Part shown: piece by piece, positions 28,079-35,722 of the stretch
Layout of the letters: the number at the start of each line of letters is the position of its first letter
Position numbering within the stretch: position 1 is the first letter of the stretch
From: an uncultured Clostridia bacterium
Lineage (GTDB): Bacteria; Bacillota; Clostridia; TANB77; CAG-508
NCBI GenBank assembly: GCA_944393435.1
Contig: CALYAE010000070.1
Location: 1 to 37,722 of the forward strand
Length of the DNA: 37,722 nucleotides
Reading direction: 5' to 3'
Notes under the pieces: model-generated
What the model was told of the DNA's origin: nothing
Seen by the model: only the letters and a program-made list of their open reading frames with translations
Database searches by the model: none
Translations under genes and position numbers: made by a program

Positions 28079-28198
28079 CTAATCTTTTTTAATTAATGAT
28101 GCAGGCATTTTTGGTTGATGTAATAATCCTGCGATAAAGCATGCTGTATTGGTAGATTTAGCATATTTTTCTGCAACTTTAGCTAATAATTTTAACAT
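28079..28198 (-). CDS. agrD: Cyclic (thio)lactone autoinducer precursor, 39 aa
   Basis: AAGGAGG RBS; MLKLLAKVAEKYAKSTNTACFIAGLLHQPKMPASLIKKD*; AC...HQPKxP motif directly downstream of agrB. Not in ORF track. Confidence 0.9.
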   Translation of the reverse strand: MLKLLAKVAEKYAKSTNTACFIAGLLHQPKMPASLIKKD

Positions 28199-28266
28199 TT
28201 GTGTGTTCCTCCTTAAATAAAATTATATAATAAGCATTGCCGGCTAATGCATTATTAACTAAAAAT

Positions 28267-28890
28267 TTATGAGATAGACTCTTTAGCATAAACTTCATAT
28301 CCATATTTTGTGTTTGTCAATTTATAAGCAAGTGGAGTAATGGTTAAATTTTGTAAAAATATTCCATAGATAAGCATGTAACTAACCACTCTGTCTGGAT
28401 TCCATAAAATAATACTTAATAAAATAATTAAAAATATATATGCTTTTATCTTTTTACTTTTTCTTTCCTTTTGACTTAAGATCGGAATACTCTCTGTATC
28501 TGCTGGTGCATATTTTTGAATAAAAATAATGCTCCAAATTCCTATTAAACTAGCTAAAATATATAAAATATAATTTTGTGGTATAAGAACAAATCGAGCT
28601 AACACTACTGGTAACATATATAAAATCAAAGTAGTTATCATACAACCCCAATGAGTTTTTAAATGAAACCCACCTGTAAAGCTACGGTATGGGGCTAATA
28701 ATAAGAATAAAATTACTGTATACCATCCAATACCTAAGATAAAACTTATAACAAATAAAACAAGAATTTTAGGTAATTCACCAAAGATAAGTCTTACTCC
28801 AAAATCGATTACAAGTTCTTTTTCTTCATCTATATTTTCTACATTTTCTTTAATCTTCTTTGTTATAAAATCGCAAAATTTATCAATCAT
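28267..28890 (-). CDS. agrB: Accessory gene regulator B family peptidase
   Basis: RSFTGGFH....GC catalytic His/Cys, YAPADT, multi-TM. Confidence 0.92.
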   Translation of the reverse strand: MIDKFCDFITKKIKENVENIDEEKELVIDFGVRLIFGELPKILVLFVISFILGIGWYTVILFLLLAPYRSFTGGFHLKTHWGCMITTLILYMLPVVLARFVLIPQNYILYILASLIGIWSIIFIQKYAPADTESIPILSQKERKSKKIKAYIFLIILLSIILWNPDRVVSYMLIYGIFLQNLTITPLAYKLTNTKYGYEVYAKESIS

Positions 28891-29040
28891 TTTTTTACCT
28901 CAGCTCTTTGTTGTCTTTATTTTATCTTTCAAACTTCCTCATAAATAATTTCATTTATGAAATCTAAAAAAATAATTGCGAAATTTGTCGTATTTTATTT
29001 CTTGTAATTTTTTTTATTTTTCGTAAAATGGTAAAATGCA

Positions 29041-29077
29041 AAAAACAAACCATCAATTTTTCTGATAGTTTGTTTTT
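29041..29077 (-). terminator. Intrinsic terminator after rluA
   Basis: AAAAACAAACCATCA / TGATAGTTTGTTTTT arms with one wobble pair. Confidence 0.7.
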
Positions 29078-29094
29078 ATTGCTCATTTTTATTG

Positions 29095-29775
29095 CTAGAT
29101 TAACTCTAAAATTTTCCAGCTTCCTTCTTTTTTGGGAATAGAATGGAATGTTAGTAATTCATTGGTAACAGGATGATAAAATTTAAGCTCATACGCCCAA
29201 AGAGCAATTTGCTTTCGATGACCTCTTCCCCCATATTTTTGATCACCATAAATGCTATGGTTTCTACTAGAAAGCTGCACTCTAATTTGATGGTGTCTTC
29301 CAGTATGCAAATGAACTTTTAGTACTGATAAATTAATATCTTCTTGGTATTTCAATACTTCATAATCTAAAGAAGCTAATTTACTGTTTTTAGTCCCCTC
29401 TTTTACCACTCTACTCATATTCGTTTTTTCATTTTTCAATAGATAATCTTGTAAATGATCAGCTTTCTTTTCCATTTTCCCATTTACAATTACTAGATAA
29501 GTTTTTTCAAACTGTTTTTCTCTTACCTGATTACTAAGCCTAGCTGCTGCTTTAGAGGTTTTGGCAAATACCATCACACCTCCTACTGGTCTATCCAACC
29601 TATGAATAAGTCCTACATATACATTTCCTGGTTTTTGATATTTTTCTTTAATATACTCTTTTACCATGCTTAATAAATCCATATCCCCTGTCTTATCTGA
29701 TTGAGATGGTATATTTACTGGTTTTTCTACTACTATTATTTGATTATCTTCATATAAAATATTTAATTTACTCAT
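29095..29775 (-). CDS. RluA-family pseudouridine synthase
   Basis: ILYEDN, HRLDRPVGG, TGRHHQIR, IYGDQKYG. Start at ATG 29775 after GAGG. Confidence 0.92.
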   Translation of the reverse strand: MSKLNILYEDNQIIVVEKPVNIPSQSDKTGDMDLLSMVKEYIKEKYQKPGNVYVGLIHRLDRPVGGVMVFAKTSKAAARLSNQVREKQFEKTYLVIVNGKMEKKADHLQDYLLKNEKTNMSRVVKEGTKNSKLASLDYEVLKYQEDINLSVLKVHLHTGRHHQIRVQLSSRNHSIYGDQKYGGRGHRKQIALWAYELKFYHPVTNELLTFHSIPKKEGSWKILELI

Positions 29776-29799
29776 ATTTTTTCCTCTTTTTTTACATCG

Positions 29800-29906
29800 T
29801 GTCACTAATGGGGACGTTCCTTAAAAGTGACAAAAATGTCACTAACAAGCTACGTCCCCAATGGTGACAAAAGTGTCACCAACAAGCTACGTCCCCAATG
29901 GTGAAA
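29800..29906. repeat. Cluster of three 33-bp REP-like palindromes (period 37 bp; first inverted)
   Basis: TGTCACY-N19-RGTGACA with an ACGTCCCC core at 29800, 29837 and 29874; the third overlaps the methyltransferase 3' end. Confidence 0.85.
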
Positions 29907-30765
29907 ACTCGCATCGTGCAAAAATGCCACATGGCAACACAAGAGAAGAATTGGTCATTGGCAAACCTAACTCTCCACTGGTTATTTTCCTATCATATTT
30001 TTTAGGAATCATAAGGTTTAGCATGTTTTCTAATACTTGGCTTGAAATACCAGTTGTATATGAGTTAATTAAAAAGAAAAGGGGCTTATCTGATAATACT
30101 TTCATACATAATTCTATTAATTCTGGTAGGTTTTCTTCAAATTTCCAAACTTCTCCACCTGCTCCTCTTCCATAAGATGGTGGATCCATAATGATAGCAT
30201 CATATTGATTTTCCCTTCTTATTTCACGGTTTACGAATTTAATAACATCATCTACAATATAGCGAACTGGTCTATTCTGCAAGCCTGAAGCTAACATGTT
30301 TTCTTTTGCCCAAGCTACCATTCCTTTAGAACTATCAACATGGCAAACAGAGGCCCCAGCATAACTACATGCTACTGTTGCCCCTCCTGTATAAGCAAAT
30401 AAATTTAACACTTTAATTGGACGTTTTGCTTCTTTAATTTTAGAGATCATCCAATCCCAATTCACTGCTTGTTCTGGAAATAAGCCAGTATGCTTAAATC
30501 CCATTGGTTTAATTTGAAAGGTTAGCTCTTTATATTTAAGCTGCCAAACTTCTGGCATCTTTTTTTGATATTCCCAATTTCCTCCTCCGGTAGAACTTCT
30601 ATGATATCTAGCATTACTATTTTTCCACTTTTCTGGAAATGATTTTTGTTTCCAAATAATTTGTGGATCAGGTCTTACTAATATCACTTGGTTCCATCTT
30701 TCTAGTTTTTCTCCATTTGCCATATCTAATATTTCGTAATCTTTCCATTTGCTTGCTATTTCCAT
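29887..30765 (-). CDS. Class I SAM-dependent methyltransferase (RlmI/YwbD-like)
   Basis: KHTGLFPEQ, VLNLFAYTGG, HVDSS, MDPPSY. Confidence 0.9.
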   Translation of the reverse strand: MEIASKWKDYEILDMANGEKLERWNQVILVRPDPQIIWKQKSFPEKWKNSNARYHRSSTGGGNWEYQKKMPEVWQLKYKELTFQIKPMGFKHTGLFPEQAVNWDWMISKIKEAKRPIKVLNLFAYTGGATVACSYAGASVCHVDSSKGMVAWAKENMLASGLQNRPVRYIVDDVIKFVNREIRRENQYDAIIMDPPSYGRGAGGEVWKFEENLPELIELCMKVLSDKPLFFLINSYTTGISSQVLENMLNLMIPKKYDRKITSGELGLPMTNSSLVLPCGIFARCEFSPLGT

Positions 30766-30829
30766 ATTTTCCTCACTTATTTATTACTTTCTATTTTTTA
30801 TTTCGCTTTTTTTGATTTGTTTTGTTTTA

Positions 30830-31039
30830 TTATAAAGTTTCTAATATATGAATAAAATTCATCACTAAAATGCTATCTGCCGCAATCAAGATAATCATAA
30901 ACAAAATACTAGTCATTAAAATTTTATGTCTTTTGATACTTTCTAAAAAGTGGCTTGTCCTATTTTTTACTTTGAATTTAACAGTGTTGTTTGCCTCGTC
31001 ATAACGAACATTTAAAATTAAATCTTTTGTGTACTCCAT
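30830..31039 (-). CDS. Small hypothetical membrane protein (69 aa), possibly sporulation-expressed
   Basis: GGGAGG RBS; one C-terminal TM segment; sigma-E-like promoter upstream. Confidence 0.7.
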   Translation of the reverse strand: MEYTKDLILNVRYDEANNTVKFKVKNRTSHFLESIKRHKILMTSILFMIILIAADSILVMNFIHILETL

Positions 31040-31040
31040 A

Positions 31041-31102
31041 CATAAAATCCTCCCATTTTATTTTCTTATTAATATCTATGCTACTAGTTTGGATTTTATG
31101 AC
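31041..31102 (-). promoter_or_regulatory. sigma-E-like promoter with a 10-bp inverted repeat pairing to the RBS region
   Basis: GTCATAAA-N14-CATAGATA; arms CATAAAATCC (31041-31050) / GGATTTTATG (31091-31100). Confidence 0.55.
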
Positions 31103-31132
31103 AACAATCGTATTACAAAATATGACATAATT

Positions 31133-32935
31133 TTAGTTTGAATGATTCTCTAAGTCCTCTTTAATTTTTTGTGCAAACTTAAGTGTAATTCCTGGTATTT
31201 CTGCAATCTGCTCACAACTTGCTTTTTTGATTTGACTAACAGAACCAAATTTTTTAAGAAGTGCATTTTTTCTGGCTTCTCCTATTCCTTCTATTACATT
31301 TAAGGCTGATGCTGTCATTTGCTTATCTCTTAATTTTCTATGATATCCAATTGCTGTATCGTGGATACAATCTTGAAATGCAGTAATAGTATTCATAAGA
31401 TCTTCTGATAATTCTAATTGTTCTTGATTTTCTGTAATTAAAGCTCTTGTTCTATGCCTATTATCTTTTACCATACCATACACAGGAATAGATAAGTCTA
31501 ATTCTTGAATAGCTTGTTTGGCAGCTTTGATTTGAGTAACTCCTCCATCTACAAAAATAACATCTGGTAATTTTCCAAAAGCTCCTGTTGTATTTTCAAT
31601 GGAATGGCGAAGTCTACGTTTTATAACTTCCCAAATGCATTTTGGATCATCTTGTCCAAGCACGCTTTTAATTTGAAATTTACGAGATAGGCTTTTATTA
31701 ATCTCTCCATCTTTTAACACACACATAGCTGCCACAATATATTCCCCTGCAAGGTTAGAAATATCATATCCTTCAATTTTTCTTGGTAATTTTTCTAAAT
31801 GTAATACTTCTTTTAATTCATTTACAATACTACTTTTTTCTCTTTCCTTATTAGTTAATGTAATTTGGGCATTTTTTTCTGCCATTTCTACTAATTTTAA
31901 CTTTTCACCTTTTTGTGGAACTTTGATTTCTACTTTTCTTCCTGCTTTTTGGGAAAGCCATTCTTCTAATAATTCCTTATCTTCTACTTCTTCTTTGACC
32001 ATGATTTTATTAGGAAGCAGAATATTATCCATATAATATTGTTTGATGAAATTGGATAAAATTTCTTTATCTTCTTCATCTTGTAAATCATCAAAAAAGT
32101 AATGATATCTTTCTACCATTTTGCGATCGCGAATTAAGAATAGTTCAATACAAACTTGCATTTGACTTTTGGCAATTCCTATCACATCAATATCATGTTC
32201 TGATAAGTTGGATACTTTTTGCTTTTCTTCTGTAATTCGTTCAATTGCAAGTTTCTTATCTCTTAACTGAGCCGCTTTTTCAAATTCTAATTCACTTGCC
32301 GCTTGCTTAATTTCTTTATCTAATTGTCTTAGTATCCTATCTGTTTTTCCTTCTAATAAACTAATGACCTGCCCTATTTGTTTTTTATATTCTTCTTCCG
32401 AAATTTTTCCAATACAAGGTCCAGCACATTTTTTAATATGATAATTCAAACATGCCCTGTTTTTAAATTTGAAGTTCTTACATTGCCTAATTTGAAATTT
32501 CGATTTGATAAATTCAATCATTTCCTTTGCTGAACTAGCACTTGCATAAGGACCAAAATATTTAGCACCATCATTTAAAATTTTTCTTGTCATATATACA
32601 TTGGGGAATTGTGCTTTAACATTTACTTTAATATATGGATAGGTTTTATCATCTTTTAATAAAACATTAAATTTTGGCATGTTCTTTTTAATTAAATTAC
32701 ACTCTAAAATTAATGCTTCTGATTCATTATCAGTAACAATATATTCAAAATGATCTATCAAAGAGACCATATTTTCAATTCTTTTTGTTTTATGATTTTT
32801 TCTAAAGTATTGCCTTACTCTATTTTTTAAAGACACTGCTTTTCCTACATAAATAATATGGTCATCTTTATCTTTCATTAAATAGACACCTGGTTTATTG
32901 GGTAATTTTTTTAGTTCTTCTTCTATATTAAAAAT
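31133..32935 (-). CDS. uvrC: Excinuclease ABC subunit C, apparent ATT start
   Basis: (I)FNIEEELKKLPNKPGVYLMKD..IIYVGKA GIY-YIG, UVR domain, IEGYDIS, HhH. SD GGAGGTG lies 6 nt before ATT 32935. Confidence 0.93.
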   Translation of the reverse strand: MFNIEEELKKLPNKPGVYLMKDKDDHIIYVGKAVSLKNRVRQYFRKNHKTKRIENMVSLIDHFEYIVTDNESEALILECNLIKKNMPKFNVLLKDDKTYPYIKVNVKAQFPNVYMTRKILNDGAKYFGPYASASSAKEMIEFIKSKFQIRQCKNFKFKNRACLNYHIKKCAGPCIGKISEEEYKKQIGQVISLLEGKTDRILRQLDKEIKQAASELEFEKAAQLRDKKLAIERITEEKQKVSNLSEHDIDVIGIAKSQMQVCIELFLIRDRKMVERYHYFFDDLQDEEDKEILSNFIKQYYMDNILLPNKIMVKEEVEDKELLEEWLSQKAGRKVEIKVPQKGEKLKLVEMAEKNAQITLTNKEREKSSIVNELKEVLHLEKLPRKIEGYDISNLAGEYIVAAMCVLKDGEINKSLSRKFQIKSVLGQDDPKCIWEVIKRRLRHSIENTTGAFGKLPDVIFVDGGVTQIKAAKQAIQELDLSIPVYGMVKDNRHRTRALITENQEQLELSEDLMNTITAFQDCIHDTAIGYHRKLRDKQMTASALNVIEGIGEARKNALLKKFGSVSQIKKASCEQIAEIPGITLKFAQKIKEDLENHSN

Positions 32936-33101
32936 AGCTCACACCTCCATTTCCTTTCCTATTTTATCATATTTTTTCGTTTTTTACAATTTTTATTCTA
33001 TTTAAGAGTACTCTTTGCTATTTTCCTACCCTTTGACACATTACATTTTTTATAGTAATATAATAGCATAAAATATAAATCATGAATGGAGGTAGCACAA
33101 A

Positions 33102-34940
33102 ATGTGTGGAAGTGTTGGTTATATAGGAGATAAACAAGCCACTCCTATTTTAATGAATGGCTTATTAAGTTTAGAATACAGAGGATATGATTCTGCTGGT
33201 ATTGCAGTGATTGAAAATAATGAGATTACTGTTATGAAAGATAAAGGAAGAGTAGCAAACTTAAAGGCTATTGATGGAATTGATACTTTAACTTCACAAG
33301 TTGGTATTGCACATACTAGATGGGCAACTCATGGAAAACCATCAAAAGAAAATGCACATCCTCATGTTGATAATCACAATCAATTTGCTGTTGTACATAA
33401 TGGAATTATTGAAAATTATCATGAATTAAAAGAATTTTTAACACAAAAAGGATATCATTTTATATCTCAAACCGATACTGAAGTTATTCCTAATTTAATT
33501 GACTATTATTATAAAAATGGTATTTCTGATGAAGATCCATTTTTAAGAGCCGTTAAATCTGCGGTAGATAATTTAAAGGGTAGTTATGCTTTAGAAGTCA
33601 TTTCTAAATTATTTCCTGATAGAATTATTGTAGTTAGAAAAGATAGTCCATTAGTGATTGGAAAAGGAAAAAAAGAAAACTTTGTTGCATCTGATATTCC
33701 TGCAATTCTTGCTTATACGAAGGATTTTTATTTATTAGATGATTATGAATATGCTGTCATTAAGCAAGATGAAATTCATTTTTATGATAACACTTTATTA
33801 GAACATAGCAAGGCAATTAAGAATATTGAATGGGATGCTACATCAGCTGAAAAAAATGGTTATGAAGATTATATGTTAAAAGAAATTTATGAACAACCAA
33901 ATTCAATTCGCGAAACCATTGGCTCTAGACTAAAATTAGGCGAACCTTGTAGTTTTGATGATTTAGACTTTACCAAAGAATATTTAGATACTATTCATCA
34001 AATTTATATTGTAGCTTGTGGTACAGCAATGCATGCTGGTTTAGTTGGGAAAACTGCTTTGGAAAGACTTTGTCATATTCCTGTTCAAGTAGATATTGCA
34101 TCTGAGTTCCGCTATCGTGATCCAATTATTGATGAAAAAACACTTTGCATCTATATTAGTCAATCTGGAGAAACCGCTGATACACTTGCTGCTTTGAAAT
34201 TAGCTAAATCTAAAGGTGCAAAAACATTAGCAATTTCTAATGTAATTGGAAGTTCTATTACTCGTGAGGCTGATTATACTATTTATACACATGCTGGTCC
34301 TGAAATTGCTGTTGCTTCCACAAAAGCCTATACTTCTCAGGTAGTGTTGATTTGCATGCTAGCAATTCATTTTGCTGAAATTCTAGATTGCAAGCAAGAA
34401 TCTGTTTTAGAAAATTTAAAATCTGATATTCTAGATTTGCCAACTAAAATAGAAGCCGTATTAGACAAAGCCGAAGAAGTACAAAAATTTGCTAAAAAAG
34501 TGTATACAGAGCATGATATGTATTTCTTAGGAAGAGGTACTGATTATCATGTTGCTATGGAAGGTTCCTTAAAATTAAAAGAAATTTCTTATATTCATTC
34601 AGAGGCTTATGCTGCTGGTGAATTAAAGCACGGACCAATTGCTTTAATTGAAAATGGCATTACAGTCATTACTATTTTGACAAATCCTGATTTAGTGGAA
34701 AAATCCATCAGCAATATTCAGGAAGTAATCACAAGAGGAGCCAAAACATTGGTAGTAACCAATCAAAAATTAAGTAATGTAAATTTTGATTATGTTATCA
34801 ATATTCCTGAAACAAACGAACTAATCTCCCCTATCCTCTCTGTAATACCACTTCAGCTTCTTTCTTATTATATTTCTAAAAATAAGGGGCTAGATGTGGA
34901 TAAACCAAGAAATTTAGCAAAATCTGTTACAGTAGAATAA
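33102..34940 (+). CDS. glmS: Glutamine-fructose-6-phosphate transaminase
   Basis: MCG.., EYRGYDSAG, HTRWATHG, SQSGETADT, ELKHGPIAL, PRNLAKSVTVE. Confidence 0.97.
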   Translation: MCGSVGYIGDKQATPILMNGLLSLEYRGYDSAGIAVIENNEITVMKDKGRVANLKAIDGIDTLTSQVGIAHTRWATHGKPSKENAHPHVDNHNQFAVVHNGIIENYHELKEFLTQKGYHFISQTDTEVIPNLIDYYYKNGISDEDPFLRAVKSAVDNLKGSYALEVISKLFPDRIIVVRKDSPLVIGKGKKENFVASDIPAILAYTKDFYLLDDYEYAVIKQDEIHFYDNTLLEHSKAIKNIEWDATSAEKNGYEDYMLKEIYEQPNSIRETIGSRLKLGEPCSFDDLDFTKEYLDTIHQIYIVACGTAMHAGLVGKTALERLCHIPVQVDIASEFRYRDPIIDEKTLCIYISQSGETADTLAALKLAKSKGAKTLAISNVIGSSITREADYTIYTHAGPEIAVASTKAYTSQVVLICMLAIHFAEILDCKQESVLENLKSDILDLPTKIEAVLDKAEEVQKFAKKVYTEHDMYFLGRGTDYHVAMEGSLKLKEISYIHSEAYAAGELKHGPIALIENGITVITILTNPDLVEKSISNIQEVITRGAKTLVVTNQKLSNVNFDYVINIPETNELISPILSVIPLQLLSYYISKNKGLDVDKPRNLAKSVTVE

Positions 34941-35201
34941 TTACATGAATAATTTTAGTACAACTAATAGTACCGCTCCTGGAATTCCTAAAACTCCTAC
35001 TAAAATAGCAGTTGCAATATTTAAACCTATATGGAAACCAAAGGTACTACCTACTAAATTAATGAAAAAAATTAGAATTCCACCTAAAATAGAATTCACA
35101 ATTAATTTCATAATTGCTTTTAAGGGAATGGAAAAAACCTTCCCTACAATCCATAAAACAATTATACATGCTAAAATTGTTAAGCCATTAGAAAAGTCCA
35201 A
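34941..35201 (-). CDS. bofA: Pro-sigmaK processing inhibitor BofA family
   Basis: 86-aa membrane protein, NSILG..L.F.N..G...G.HIGLN...VGVLGIPG; follows the yaaL-like gene; TTG start. Confidence 0.88.
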   Translation of the reverse strand: MDFSNGLTILACIIVLWIVGKVFSIPLKAIMKLIVNSILGGILIFFINLVGSTFGFHIGLNIATAILVGVLGIPGAVLLVVLKLFM

Positions 35202-35259
35202 ATTCTATCACCATTCCTTTATTAGTTTATAAATATGATAGAATTTGGACAAATATGAC
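35196..35259 (-). promoter_or_regulatory. sigma-E-like promoter fused to a 15-bp hairpin occluding the bofA RBS/start
   Basis: GTCATATT-N14-CATATTTA; perfect arms GTCCAAATTCTATCA (35196-35210) / TGATAGAATTTGGAC (35236-35250). Confidence 0.7.
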
Positions 35260-35535
35260 TTATCCCACTTGATTTTTTCTAAAATAGATTTCCTCAATCA
35301 TATCTAGACAAATACCTCTTTTTTTGGCTTTGCTTACTAAAAAGTCTAATTTGCTTTTAGTTGCTTTGATTTGATAAACATAATAATCAATTAATCCTGC
35401 TTCTGCTGTTTCAAAATTTTTGTTAGCTAAATCTAATTCCCTTTTTGTTTTTAATACACTAATAATTAATTCAATTTTCTTTTCTTCTTCTGTTTTATCC
35501 CCTATCATGCTTTCTTTTTGGTAATTCTCATTCAT
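35260..35535 (-). CDS. YaaL/DUF2508 family protein
   Basis: A..NFE.AE..LIDYYVYQIKA...K.DFL...AK pattern; yaaL-bofA synteny. Confidence 0.8.
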   Translation of the reverse strand: MNENYQKESMIGDKTEEEKKIELIISVLKTKRELDLANKNFETAEAGLIDYYVYQIKATKSKLDFLVSKAKKRGICLDMIEEIYFRKNQVG

Positions 35536-35660
35536 ATTTTTCTTCCCTTCTTTGTATTCTTTTTCATTAACAAACTATGTTAATTTTGGTAAAATCTTGT
35601 TATTACTATATGCAATCTTTTTCATTTTATACATAGAATTTACGCTTTAAAAAATAATTG

Positions 35661-35689
35661 TTGCATTTTTAGCTATCAGATGCTAAAAT
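35661..35689 (+). promoter_or_regulatory. sigma-A promoter of serS-engB
   Basis: TTGCAT-N17-TAAAAT with extended TG. Confidence 0.6.
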
Positions 35690-35722
35690 AATGGTGACAC
35701 CACTAACAAAGGGAGGAAAACA

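Noticed and set aside
29800-29906. Mini-CRISPR
   Set aside because: Units are separated by only 4 bp and one is inverted; they fit REP-like palindromes.
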